In this document: positions 10,091-19,616 of the stretch, piece by piece
Layout: each line of letters starts with the position of its first letter
Numbering within the stretch: position 1 is the first letter of the stretch
Origin: an uncultured Chloroflexia bacterium
GTDB lineage: Bacteria > Chloroflexota > Limnocylindria > QHBO01
Assembly: GCA_963825525.1 (NCBI GenBank)
Contig: CAWGTN010000002.1
Span: 608,001-672,000 of the forward strand
Reading direction: 5' to 3'
Length of the DNA: 64,000 nucleotides
Made by a program: the position numbers and the translations under genes
The notes under the pieces: model-generated
Database searches by the model: none
Told to the model about the DNA's origin: nothing
The model's input: only the letters and a program-made list of their open reading frames with translations

Positions 10091-10335
10091 GTCGATATAT
10101 CGGCGCGGGGGCACTCCGGGGTGGCACGGTTTGGCCACCCCGGGGCCGGGGGGAGTAGCTGATATTTCGGCCATGCGGTGGCCCGCGGGTCGCGTGGGCG
10201 CCCTGGTGCCGATATTTCGGCGCCCCGGGAACGTGAGGGGCGCATCGAGGCGCCGTCTGAGCGCGGGATGAGCTGAAATATCGGCACCGCGGCGCCCCAG
10301 ACGGTCTCCGGCCACGGATCAGCGGAAATATCGGC
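10091..10335. repeat. Intergenic array of five 14-bp imperfect palindromes (GCYGAWATWTCGGC-like), REP/BIME-like
   Basis: Copies at 10091 (gtcgatatatcggc), 10158 (gctgatatttcggc), 10208 (gccgatatttcggc), 10272 (gctgaaatatcggc) and 10322 (gcggaaatatcggc). Spacing is 67/50/64/50. Confidence 0.85.
10116..10143. terminator. GC-rich hairpin between convergent genes
   Basis: ccggggtggc / gccaccccgg forms a 10-bp perfect stem with an 8-nt loop. No clear U-tract. Confidence 0.45.
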
Positions 10336-10347
10336 GCGCCACGAGGG

Positions 10348-10794
10348 TCAGCGCAAGGTGAGGCGGAAGTAGCGACCCTCGCTCAGGATGTGGCGTCGTG
10401 CGCCGCGGTACAGGAGATTGGCCGGGAACGGCTGTTGCTCGGCGGTGGCCATGATCACCTCGTCACGCTCCGCGCCGAGCGGGAGCGGCACGGCGCTCAC
10501 CTCGATCGGCGCCTCGGGGCGGGGCGCCACGACGGCCTGACCGGCACTGCGCAGGTTGGCCGTCCACGCGACCTCGCCGTTCGGATGGCCGATGTACCAG
10601 GTCCGGTTCACCCGAATGAGCCCGACGAGCACGTTTCGCTGCCGCCCCGTCCGGCGGCCGATAATCGTGACGCGCGAGGTGATGCCCAGCCCCACGCTGA
10701 ACCAGGCCCAGCGCAGAAGCGGATCGAGCACGCGGATGGCGGCGTAGGCGGCCCGGAACACCAGGTTCCAGGCTCGCGACGGACGAGCGTTCAT
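10348..10794 (-). CDS. Deazaflavin (F420)-dependent nitroreductase family (DDN-like) protein
   Basis: TIIGRRTGRQR...WTANLRSAG motifs typical of the split-barrel DDN family. Confidence 0.7.
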   Translation of the reverse strand: MNARPSRAWNLVFRAAYAAIRVLDPLLRWAWFSVGLGITSRVTIIGRRTGRQRNVLVGLIRVNRTWYIGHPNGEVAWTANLRSAGQAVVAPRPEAPIEVSAVPLPLGAERDEVIMATAEQQPFPANLLYRGARRHILSEGRYFRLTLR

Positions 10795-10833
10795 CAGACG
10801 GGATACGTGGCACGCGGCGATCCATACGCCTCG

Positions 10834-11746
10834 TCAGCGGTGCGATCGACGGCGCCGAAGCGTCAGCTGCCGGCCGAGCACGGCGGCACCGGCCAGCGAC
10901 ATGCCGCCACCCAGCACGACCCATGGCAGCGCACCGGACCCGCCGCCCGCGAAGAGGCGTTCCCGAGAGCACGTCCTCGCGCACGCTGGCCGATGGCTCT
11001 GCCCCCTCCGTTGACCCGCTCGTGGCCGCAGGGCTCGGGCCATCCGTCGCCGCACCCGATGGCGGGATGGCCGAACCCGAACTCAGCGGTGACGGAACGA
11101 GAATGGGCGACGCGCGCGGCGCCGATGTTGGACTGGCCGTCGGAGGAGCCGATGGTGGCCGGGCGGTGGACGGCGGCGTTACGACCGGGGTTGCCGTCGG
11201 CCGGTTCGTGGCCGTCGAGGTCGGCATCGGCGTCGCGGTCGGCGTGGGTGGAGGAACCGAGGCGATTGGCGAGGGCGAGGGCGACGGCGAGGGCACGGGA
11301 GTCGCGGTCGACTGGGGCGCGATGACCACGACGGTCGGGCCGGCCAGCGGGACCGGCTTTGGACCCTGCGACACCGTGGCACTGAACGTGACGGGCCAGG
11401 TGCCCTCGGGGAGGGTGGTCGTAGCCTGGTACGTACCGTCATCGGCCTGTCCGCTCACAAGCGCGAGGGCGAGCGACGTGTCGGCGACCTGGGCGCTGAC
11501 CGAGCTGGCTGCGAATCCCTGGTCGCTCAGGTATCGGACGCTGAAGAGGAAGCTTGTCTGCGTCGTACCGGAGCCGGGCGAGACACTGCCTGCGCCGAGG
11601 GTTGCTGCGGCGGCGACGCGCGGCGCGGATCCCAGCCAGATGGACCCGACCGCCAGGATGACGGCGGCCCCGATGAGAACGGACCGATGGGCTGGCCCCA
11701 GCGGTGAGATGGCGCAGGACACTGGGTGATCCACTGTGTGGACCAT
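10834..11746 (-). CDS. Secreted Pro/Thr/Ser-rich surface protein with C-terminal membrane anchor (frameshift ~10960)
   Basis: Signal peptide (LIGAAVILAVGSIWLGSAPRVAAA), a beta-rich domain and a PSPSPS/PTAT linker. The TM + RRRR tail lies in another frame (ORF 10834..11055). Confidence 0.6.
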
Positions 11747-12035
11747 CGATCTTGCCACCGATGCCAACCGGCGTCCGCGGCGCGCCGTCAGACGTTGACC
11801 GATGTCACCGCGGTGGCTGGCGGGGAGGCGAATGAACAGCGCCGAAGCGATGTGCAATCCATCGCCCCGGCGCCTGGCTCGCATCCTCCGTAGCACCGGA
11901 GAAGGCGAGATGAGCCTCATGGTACGCCGATGGTCTGGGGGACGGTATACGACAATGGAGTCGCATCCAACGGCTGACGCCACATGGGTGGGGCGCGCCG
12001 AAGGAGTGCCGAGCGAATTCAACTGGACGAGGACG

Positions 12036-12392
12036 ATGGCCATGCCCAAGCATCGGATTTACGCGATGAGTGTCGCGAGCGTCTACCCGCTGTACGTGGC
12101 GAAGGCGGAGAAGAAGGGCCGGACCAGGCGAGAGGTCGATGAGGTCATCTGCTGGCTCACCGGGTACGACGCCGCGGGGCTCGAGGGCCAGCTTGAGAAG
12201 CAAGTGGACTTCGAGACGTTCTTCGCTGAAGCGCCTCAGCCGAACCCGTCGAGGGGGTCGATCACCGGGATGATCTGTGGGGTCCGAGTCGAGGAGATCC
12301 AGGAGCCGACCATGCGAGAGATTCGCTACCTGGACAAGCTGGTCGATGAGCTCGCGAAAGGCAGGCCGATGGAGAGAGTCCTGCGCGCCTAG
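12036..12392 (+). CDS. DUF2200 family protein
   Basis: [25 protein letters not shown]...WLTGY...[38 protein letters not shown]. Confidence 0.92.
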   Translation: MAMPKHRIYAMSVASVYPLYVAKAEKKGRTRREVDEVICWLTGYDAAGLEGQLEKQVDFETFFAEAPQPNPSRGSITGMICGVRVEEIQEPTMREIRYLDKLVDELAKGRPMERVLRA

Positions 12393-12606
12393 GGCACGTC
12401 GAACGTGGCCGTCGGATGGCCACTCGACGCGGCGGCCAAGGCTGGATCGTCCACCGCGCCATCCGGTCATACGCTTCGCCCTACAAGACGCACGACCTCG
12501 GGGACCCGGACACTGGGACCCTGGCGTGTAGCGACTCATACTGCTGGTATGACTGGCCAGGGGTAGCTGGCGGCCGAGCAGCGGAAGCGTCAGACCGATA
12601 TTGGGT

Positions 12607-13122
12607 TCAAGCTCGTTGCGCTGCGCCCTCTGGCGCCCGGCGTATCCCTGCCGAATCGGGCTGACGAGTCAGCTTGACGTAGATCCCATCCAGCTCGGCC
12701 TTGCGCGCCGCCATGCGATCGCCGAGCGCTACGAGCTCATCGGCATCGAAGACGGAGCGCGCCTGCTTGAACATCTCGCCCTCCTCTTCCTCGATGTGGT
12801 GCTCGATATTCTCCTTCATGACCGTGAACTTGGCTGCCCACCGCTCGTCGGTCACGTCGGTGGCCTCGAGTTCGGCCATCACGGTGTCGACGACGTTGTG
12901 CTCTTCATAGGCCTCCAGGACGATCTCCTTGGCCTTGGGATGCTCCTTGAGCGCCGGGTAGAAGATCGACTCCTCGATCTCCTCGTGAACGGTGAGTTCC
13001 CGCTTGATGGTAGCGAGGAGATCCGCGCGCGTTTTCTCCGCGCGCTCGGTGGTCGCGTCCGCCTGGTTGAGCAGCTTCTTGACCTTGTCGTGATCGTCCT
13101 TGAGCAATCGAATCGCGTCCAT
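12607..13122 (-). CDS. Hemerythrin/HHE cation-binding domain protein
   Basis: MDAIRLLKDDH..ELTVHEEIEESIFYPA..EAYEEHNVV..ENIEHHIEEEEGEMF. GGAG RBS. Confidence 0.9.
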   Translation of the reverse strand: MDAIRLLKDDHDKVKKLLNQADATTERAEKTRADLLATIKRELTVHEEIEESIFYPALKEHPKAKEIVLEAYEEHNVVDTVMAELEATDVTDERWAAKFTVMKENIEHHIEEEEGEMFKQARSVFDADELVALGDRMAARKAELDGIYVKLTRQPDSAGIRRAPEGAAQRA

Positions 13123-13220
13123 GTAGGTATCTCCAAAAAGAGGTGCATGAAACGGGGGCCTTCCCCATTCGGCCAAGGCCATGCTCCCCTGGCTTCGTGG
13201 TTATGGTCACTGCGCCCAGA

Positions 13221-13236
13221 TGCAGAACGCGTGCCG
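13221..13236 (-). promoter_or_regulatory. Putative sigma54 -24/-12 promoter (hemerythrin gene)
   Basis: Minus strand CGGCACGCGTTCTGCA (GG-N10-GC). Confidence 0.6.
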
Positions 13237-13429
13237 TCAGAGACGGCATGCCGAGGTGCGGGATCGACGGCGGAAAGGACGGACACAGCCGATCAGGCTA
13301 AAAATCATGTCAGCTGCCCGGATCACAGAGTGCTTGCGGCACAATGGGGGCCACTTGGGGATTGCGCTCGTGGCTAGGCAATCCATCGCGCCCCGCTGTC
13401 GGTCGAATCATGTAGCGAGATTGAGCCGG

Positions 13430-13816
13430 ATGACGTCAGACCAAGAGCCAGGCGCCGACCTGGACGTCGAAGAGGGCGGCGGGCCGCCAATCGGCACGGC
13501 ATGGACGCTGGAGGTTGGGGGCGATGAGAGGTGGTCCGCCGACCTGGAACACGCTGCCCCACTTCCCCGAGTCGGCGAGACGATCGAGTTGATCCTCGTG
13601 GACGGAGCTCGGCAACGCCTCCAGGTTCGCGAGGTCATCCACGTCCTTCAGCCTTCGGCGACTGACCGGCCGGCCGTGCGAGAGGAGACTTCGGGGCCGA
13701 ACTCCATCGTCGTTGACGGGGGCCCTGGCGCGACGCCGCGATTCCTGCGAGCGGGCCTGCCGCGGGTCGTGGCAGATCCGGGTGGCCCCGAGGGGGGTTC
13801 TGGCCAGGAGGAGTGA
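13430..13816 (+). CDS. Hypothetical protein
   Basis: Protein-like ORF MTSDQEPG...PLPRVGETIEL..LQVREVIHVLQPSA. No recognised family. Confidence 0.55.
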   Translation: MTSDQEPGADLDVEEGGGPPIGTAWTLEVGGDERWSADLEHAAPLPRVGETIELILVDGARQRLQVREVIHVLQPSATDRPAVREETSGPNSIVVDGGPGATPRFLRAGLPRVVADPGGPEGGSGQEE

Positions 13817-13845
13817 ATCGGGCCGCTGCAGCCGGTCGCAACGCT

Positions 13846-14117
13846 TCAACCGAGGAAGGAGTCCTCCAACCGCCACTGGTGATCTTGCCCGCACTCGATG
13901 CAATCGACGAGCATTTGGAGCCGCCCGAAGCGAGCGGCACGCCTGACAACTCGAACCCTGTGTCCGTCGCTCGTCCCGTCGCCGGACACACGACCATCAG
14001 CCGACGCAGCAGCCCCGCGAGTTCACTTTGGTCGTGGTGTTCATCGGCTGACGCCGGGTATCCCGCACGGGGTCGCCCAGGATGAATGGGGGCTTGATCC
14101 TCCCCATAAGCGTCCAT
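13846..14117 (-). CDS. Small Cys/His (Zn-finger-like) protein with one frameshift (~13920)
   Basis: MDAYGED..LMVVCPATGRATDTGFEL, then after a frame change QMLVDCIECGQDHQWRLEDSFLG*. GGAGG RBS. Confidence 0.6.
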
Positions 14118-14157
14118 CCAACCTCCCCCACAATTCACGATGACGAGGGATTGGAGA

Positions 14158-14173
14158 TGCACCCGCTGTGCCA
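14158..14173 (-). promoter_or_regulatory. Putative sigma54 -24/-12 promoter (small Cys protein)
   Basis: Minus strand TGGCACAGCGGGTGCA, ~40 nt upstream of ATG 14117. Confidence 0.62.
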
Positions 14174-14486
14174 AGAACGCCGTCTACGTCAGTCCCCACC
14201 GACGCGCATGTTTCACGCTCGGCAGCACGGCCGAACGTCCAGCCGTTGCAGCAGTGGTCGGGCCGGGCGGATCGACGCGAATCATGACTTCGAGCCAGAA
14301 CTCATGAGCAGATCTAGCCCTTCGGCCTCCTGGTAGCTAATCAGAAACGTGTTGGGCGCCCTGTCGAAGGAGCCCTGTCGTATCGGGAATGCCGAGCGAG
14401 CAACCCCATGCACGCCATCGCTCGCGCAGAAGAGATCCGCCCTCGTCGTCCCAGACCGTCTTCCGCACCTCGGCTACCCGGGAGTC

Positions 14487-14921
14487 TCAGAGCGGGGTCC
14501 GACGGAATGCCGCCGCTGCTGGTGTCGAGCGAAACGCCTGACCGTCGACTCGGTGGATATCGAACTCCCTGACGAATCCGTCAGCGATCTGAATGATCGC
14601 ATTGATGGCGGTTCCGTCAGCATCCTCTGCCACTCCCATGACCGGCAACGCTCCGGACGTAGGGCCCCACGTCAGGTCCTCGAGGGGCGGCGCGCCATCC
14701 GCGACGCGTACCCACATGGTCGGACAGTGATCAACGCACTCAGCCTCGACCACCGCGTCGATCATCTGCCGTTCGGCCATACGAGATTCGAGGGTCTCGT
14801 CCAAAAGGGCCCGGAAAGATCCCGCTCCCATTGCGAGAGCGGCCGTGGCGGATTCAGGTCTCGAGCCTTGTGCGATAGGGGTCCCAGCGTTATCCGCATC
14901 AGCTTCATTCCGCTCGTTCAC
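14487..14921 (-). CDS. Hypothetical protein (DUF6984-like)
   Basis: ECVDHCPTM...AEDADGTAINAIIQIADGFVREFDIHRVDG pattern. Less biased codon usage than the flanks. Confidence 0.5.
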   Translation of the reverse strand: MNERNEADADNAGTPIAQGSRPESATAALAMGAGSFRALLDETLESRMAERQMIDAVVEAECVDHCPTMWVRVADGAPPLEDLTWGPTSGALPVMGVAEDADGTAINAIIQIADGFVREFDIHRVDGQAFRSTPAAAAFRRTPL

Positions 14922-14981
14922 GCTCAGTCTCTGCCGCCGGAAGGCCCAGGTGCGTGGGGTGCCACCATGTTAGGAACGATC

Positions 14982-15413
14982 CTAGCCCCGGGGACGCGGC
15001 CACTCACCGCGTTCCAGCGCATCGAGCCGCTCCTCTGCGAACTGGTTAAACAACTCGACAGTCTCTCCTGCCTGCGAACCCGTCATGCGCTCGCTGATGG
15101 CTTGGGAGTGGACCTGAACCAATGAGGCTCCCTCCTCAAGTCCGACTGACCCTGGGCTGGCGGGCGCCATCTTCATCACCGCCGCGATGACCCACTCCAA
15201 GGGATACCATTCCTCGGGCCGGTCGCGGCCTGCTAGCTCAATGGCAACTAGGCCGCGATCGCGAGTTGCCCGGAGCCGGAATGCCGCCGTGCTAAGGACT
15301 ATCGAGGCATCATCGAAGTACGGGCCTGTAAGGCGCGACTCCATGGTCGCGCCGCTTTGCACCAACCGACGGAACGCGCGCGTTACGTCGTCTTCAAAGC
15401 TGGTTGTGGCCAT
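14982..15413 (-). CDS. Hypothetical protein
   Basis: ORF MATTSFEDD...FRLRATRDRG..EEWYPLEWV. Lower-GC region next to the tRNA 3' end. Confidence 0.55.
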   Translation of the reverse strand: MATTSFEDDVTRAFRRLVQSGATMESRLTGPYFDDASIVLSTAAFRLRATRDRGLVAIELAGRDRPEEWYPLEWVIAAVMKMAPASPGSVGLEEGASLVQVHSQAISERMTGSQAGETVELFNQFAEERLDALERGEWPRPRG

Positions 15414-15596
15414 GGCCTCACACCATCCGCCGCTGTCCGTTGACGTATCGCGCCACATGCCGAGGCTGCGAAGGACAAGAGAGTTCCACCGCGAAGTATC
15501 CGCTCGCCTGATAAGGAGAATTCGAGAGTACTAAAGAGTCGCCGCTCCGCATTCTATGGGCAGCACATGGCCGAATTGAGCGTGGAACGAGGGAGA

Positions 15597-15672
15597 TGGC
15601 GCGCCCGGAGGGATTCGAACCCCCGACCTGCTGATCCGAAGTCAGCTGCTCTATCCACTGAGCTACGGGCGC
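15597..15672 (-). tRNA. tRNA-Arg (anticodon TCG)
   Basis: Reverse complement GCGCCCGTAGCTCAGTGGATAGAGCAGCTGACTTCGGATCAGCAGGTCGGGGGTTCGAATCCCTCCGGGCGCGCCA. Anticodon arm GCTGA-CTTCGGA-TCAGC. CCA is encoded. Confidence 0.96.
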
Positions 15673-15789
15673 ACGGAGGAATCGTACCCGATGGCGTCCG
15701 AGGACAGCTGTCGAGGTCCCGGTGCGATGAGTCGTGCGAAGCGCGGGCGTCTAAGGTCACACACACCGCACTTCCTCGGATGGAGATCC

Positions 15790-16623
15790 ATGACAGTTCT
15801 GATGGAGGGGATCTCGTTCGGCGAGTCCCCGCGCTGGCACGACGGACGGCTCTGGTTCTCCGACTGGGGCGCGGGCCAGGTCATCGCACTCGATCGTGAG
15901 GGCAGCCACGAGGTCATCGTCAGCGTTCCGTCGTTCCCGATGTGCATCGACTTCCTGCCCGATGGACGCCTGCTGGTGGTGGATTCGACCCACGGGCGGC
16001 TTCTCCGTCGCGAGGCCGACGGAGCGCTCCTCACCCATGCCGACCTGGCGCCGATCTCTGACAAGCCATGGAACGACATCGCGGTCGACGGGCGTGGCAA
16101 TGCCTACGTCAACAATATCGGCTTCGACTTTCCGGACGGCGAGCCGGGACCGGGCTTCATCGTGCTCGTGACGCCCGATGGTGACGTGCGGCGCGTTGCC
16201 GATGACCTTGCCTTCCCGAATGGGATGGCGATCACGGCCGACGGCCGGGTCCTGCTGGTGGCGGAGTCCTACGCCAACCGCCTCACGGCCTACGACATCG
16301 GCCCCGACGGCGGGCTCATTGGTCGGCGCGTCTGGGCCGACACCCCTGACGATCATCCGGACGGCATCTGCATCGATGCCGAAGGCGCCGTCTGGTACGC
16401 CGATGTGGGCAACCAGCGCTGCGTCCGCGTGCGCGAGGGCGGCGAGGTGCTGGGGACCGTCGAGCTGGATCGCGGCGCGTTCGCCTGCGCCCTCAGCGAG
16501 GGTGATCACCCGGAGCTGTATGTCGTCGGTCAGCGGTGGGGCGGCCCGGAATCGGCGGAGCCCACCGGGCAGGTCGTGTCGTTCCCGGCACCGGCTCCTG
16601 GCGCCCGGAGGCCCGGCGCCTGA
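15790..16623 (+). CDS. SMP-30/gluconolactonase/LRE family protein
   Basis: FGESPRWHDGRLWFSDW, WNDIAVDGRGNAYV, LAFPNGMAIT and PDGICIDAEGAVW. GGAG RBS. Confidence 0.92.
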   Translation: MTVLMEGISFGESPRWHDGRLWFSDWGAGQVIALDREGSHEVIVSVPSFPMCIDFLPDGRLLVVDSTHGRLLRREADGALLTHADLAPISDKPWNDIAVDGRGNAYVNNIGFDFPDGEPGPGFIVLVTPDGDVRRVADDLAFPNGMAITADGRVLLVAESYANRLTAYDIGPDGGLIGRRVWADTPDDHPDGICIDAEGAVWYADVGNQRCVRVREGGEVLGTVELDRGAFACALSEGDHPELYVVGQRWGGPESAEPTGQVVSFPAPAPGARRPGA

Positions 16624-16630
16624 GCGATCG

Positions 16631-17059
16631 TCACCACAGGGCCAGGCCGGTCTCCTCGTCGGGCACACGGACCAGTGACACGCCGGTGAACTCGCGGATC
16701 ATGATCTCCGCCGCGAAGACCTCGCAGCCGCGGAGCAGGTGGCCGCCCACGGTGGCGCCATCGGCATCGGCGAAGGTGGCGTGCGCGTGGAGGAACGGGC
16801 GGTCGTCGCGCAGCGAGATATTGCCCAGGAATCCCACGATCTCGTGGTGCGTTCGGGACTCGAGCTCGCGGTAGCGGCGGTCGTGCTGCTCGTAGTAGGC
16901 GTAGGCCGCCCGTCGCACCGCGCCGATGACGGTCACCTGGGCCGCCACGACGCCATGCTCGGTGCAGAACCGCTCGATCTCCTCGACGAGGTCGCTCCCC
17001 GTCTCCAGACGGCCGACGAATCCTCGCCCGCTGCTGACCTCGGTCAATCCGGCTGGCAA
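16631..17059 (-). CDS. PPC domain (DUF296) protein
   Basis: FVGRLETGSDL..IGAV..EIVGFLGNIS..PFLHAHATF..GGHL. TTG start after AGGAGG. Confidence 0.85.
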   Translation of the reverse strand: MPAGLTEVSSGRGFVGRLETGSDLVEEIERFCTEHGVVAAQVTVIGAVRRAAYAYYEQHDRRYRELESRTHHEIVGFLGNISLRDDRPFLHAHATFADADGATVGGHLLRGCEVFAAEIMIREFTGVSLVRVPDEETGLALW

Positions 17060-17072
17060 CGTCCAGGTCCTC

Positions 17073-19610
17073 CTATTCGAACTGCTTGAGGTGGCGAACG
17101 ATCGGCAGCGAGGCGGCCACGCGCGCCGGATAGAGCCCCGCCAGTGCCGCCACGCCGGTTCCCACCAGGACCACGGCCACGAGCAGGCCCCACGGGAGCC
17201 GGATGCCAGCCGCCAGATCAGCCGATCCCCCACCGCTGACCAGCGCGACCGCCACCACCACCCCGGTGATGATGGCAAGGAATCCGGCGATGGCCCCCAT
17301 GATCGCCGCCTCGGCCACGACCATGGCCTGCACCTGCCCCACGGTCATGCCGTGAGCGCGCAGGACGGCGATCTCCCGGACCCGTTCGCTGATGCCGATC
17401 CCGAGCGTGTTGACGATCCCCAATGCGCCGATGACAACGGCGATGAGCGCAAGCACGTCGAACAGGCCAACCAGCCGATCCAGCGACTGCGCAAGGTCAC
17501 CGGCCAGGTCCCGCGCGGTGAGTGGCTGTGCGGCAAGCTGGGTCGCGGTATCGCGCACCGATGTCGCGAAGGCGGAGGGTGGGATATCGGGCTGGGCAAT
17601 CATCACCCACAGGGATGCGGCGTCGACCCCGAACAGGTCGCGGGCATCGGCGCTGTTGATGAGCAGCGCGCCGTCCGGGGTGCGAGCCGGAAGGGTGTAT
17701 TCGACGATGCCGGCCACGGTGAACGGATGCGGCTCGACGCCGGGCTGCCCGAGGGCGATCGAGTCGCCCACCTCGATCCCTTCGCGCGCGGCCAGGGATG
17801 CCGGGACCAGGACTGCACCGCCGTCGCGGAGATCGGCGTAGGCGTCCGCGCGTGCCGCCCCGGACACGATGAGCGCACCGGCATCCTGGAAGATGTTCGG
17901 GTCGATGCCCGCCAGGCTGACCTCCTCCTGGCCCGCGTCGGTGGCACGGACGGCGGGCAGCTCCAGGATGGGGCTGGCCACCTGGAGGCCGGGCGTGGCG
18001 ACGAACGTCGGGCGGAACAGCTCGATGTCCAGCGGCACGCTGCTGCGAATCGCGTTGCCGGCGGGAAGGATGGACGCCACCCAGCGCTCGGCACCGGCCC
18101 GCGCGGATTCGGCCACCGTGCCGAGCGCGACCACGGCCGCCAGCGCGATCATCATGGCTCCCACCGTCAGGCCCGTCCGAACCCGATCTCGCGACAGGTT
18201 TGCCCGTCCCAGCATGCCCTGCGCCCCGAAGAACCACTCGAACGGCCGCCCCACGATGCGGCCGAGCGGCTCGAGAATGTATGCCGTCGCCACAGCGCCG
18301 CCGAGCAGCAGGGCCAGGGAAAGGACGAGTGGCAGCACCGGCGTCTCGGCGCGCTCGATGGGGAACAGCAGGATGCCGGCGGTGACCACCAGGAGCTCGG
18401 CAACCAGGAGGGTCCGGAGACGTTCACCGAGTCCGTGCCGCGATCCGCGCGCTGACCGGAGTGCAGCCACGGGCGACAGTCGCGCCGCGCGCAATGCGGG
18501 AGCCACCGACCCAGCCAGCGTGACGCCGAGACCCAGGACGAAGGCCAGGATCAGGCCGCCGATGGGCAACGGCAGCCCAACGACCAATGCGGCGCGGGTC
18601 GAGGACAGGAAGCCGATCATGCCCGCCGCCAGGGCGATCCCCAGCACGATCCCCAGTCCGCTGCCCGCGATCCCGAGCGCGGCGCCCTGCCGCAGCACGA
18701 GCCCGAGCACCTGGCGCGACGTGGTGCCGGCCGCCCGCAGCAGGCCGTACTCGCGCGTCCGCTCCCCCACCGTCATGGCCAGTGTGTTGCCGACCAGGAA
18801 CGCGCCGACGACCATCGCCACCAGCCCGAACAGGAAGGCCACCGCCCCGAAGCTGACCTGGGCCGATGCGAGACGCTGCGCCGAATCGGCCGCCGTCTCC
18901 ACGATGTATGGCTCGTCCATTGCCTGGGTCACCTTGGCCAGCGGTCCGCTGACGTCGCCTTCGCCCAGGTCGAGATCCAGGTAGCGGATGGGCGCCGGAA
19001 CCTCGAACGAGTCGTCCACGGTCGATCGAGACACGACCATCACGTCGCCCCGCTCGAGGGCGGCGAAGCCCGTATCTGCCATGAGGCCGATGATCCGCAG
19101 CGGAGGCATCCCCTCCCGCCGGCCGTCCAGCCGCAGCTCGTCGCCGAGGCCCAGGTCGTGGCGCGCGGCCCACGACGCCGGCACGAGCGCATCGGTCGGG
19201 CTGTCCGGGCTGATGGCCACTCCCGCGGTCAGGGACGGCTGCCGAATCTGGCTGTCGACGTCGGGATCGATGCCGATGACCTGGAGCGTGAAGACCTGCT
19301 CGTTGTCGCCTGGCGCGGTGTGGACCACCAGCCGTCGCTCCGACACCGGTGCCGCGGTGCGGACCTCGGGGAGGGCGCGCAGTGCCTGGACCGTTCGCGG
19401 CGTGAACCCGGCCTCGTCGAAGGCCCGCAGCCTGACGTCGGCCGCGCCAAGGAGATCGGCGGTTGCGCTGCGGAGGGCGGCATCCGCGGACGCGCCGGTG
19501 ATCACGGTCGCGACGACCACGGCAACGCCGAGCGCCACGCCAACCACCGCCAGAGAGGTGCGCAGCGGGCGCGCGAGCAGCCCACGCCAGGCGAGACTCG
19601 CCAGACGCAT
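17073..19610 (-). CDS. FtsX-like ABC transporter permease (duplicated MacB/FtsX domains)
   Basis: LAWRGLLARPLRT, NTLAMTVGERTREYGLLRAAG, ERVREIAVLRAHG and LYPARVAA. Confidence 0.92.
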   Translation of the reverse strand: MRLASLAWRGLLARPLRTSLAVVGVALGVAVVVATVITGASADAALRSATADLLGAADVRLRAFDEAGFTPRTVQALRALPEVRTAAPVSERRLVVHTAPGDNEQVFTLQVIGIDPDVDSQIRQPSLTAGVAISPDSPTDALVPASWAARHDLGLGDELRLDGRREGMPPLRIIGLMADTGFAALERGDVMVVSRSTVDDSFEVPAPIRYLDLDLGEGDVSGPLAKVTQAMDEPYIVETAADSAQRLASAQVSFGAVAFLFGLVAMVVGAFLVGNTLAMTVGERTREYGLLRAAGTTSRQVLGLVLRQGAALGIAGSGLGIVLGIALAAGMIGFLSSTRAALVVGLPLPIGGLILAFVLGLGVTLAGSVAPALRAARLSPVAALRSARGSRHGLGERLRTLLVAELLVVTAGILLFPIERAETPVLPLVLSLALLLGGAVATAYILEPLGRIVGRPFEWFFGAQGMLGRANLSRDRVRTGLTVGAMMIALAAVVALGTVAESARAGAERWVASILPAGNAIRSSVPLDIELFRPTFVATPGLQVASPILELPAVRATDAGQEEVSLAGIDPNIFQDAGALIVSGAARADAYADLRDGGAVLVPASLAAREGIEVGDSIALGQPGVEPHPFTVAGIVEYTLPARTPDGALLINSADARDLFGVDAASLWVMIAQPDIPPSAFATSVRDTATQLAAQPLTARDLAGDLAQSLDRLVGLFDVLALIAVVIGALGIVNTLGIGISERVREIAVLRAHGMTVGQVQAMVVAEAAIMGAIAGFLAIITGVVVAVALVSGGGSADLAAGIRLPWGLLVAVVLVGTGVAALAGLYPARVAASLPIVRHLKQFE

Positions 19611-19616
19611 CGGCGG

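Noticed and set aside
10091-10335. CRISPR array
   Set aside because: The repeats are only 14 bp and degenerate, spacing alternates 50/64, and there are no cas genes in the window.
11890-12020. Glycine-riboswitch-like GCCGAAGGAG upstream of DUF2200
   Set aside because: The downstream CTCTCAGG element and tandem aptamer are absent, and the gene context does not fit.
12400-15672. Integrative element or prophage at tRNA-Arg (and similarly at tRNA-His)
   Set aside because: No integrase, phage gene or duplicated tRNA 3' end was found by eye.
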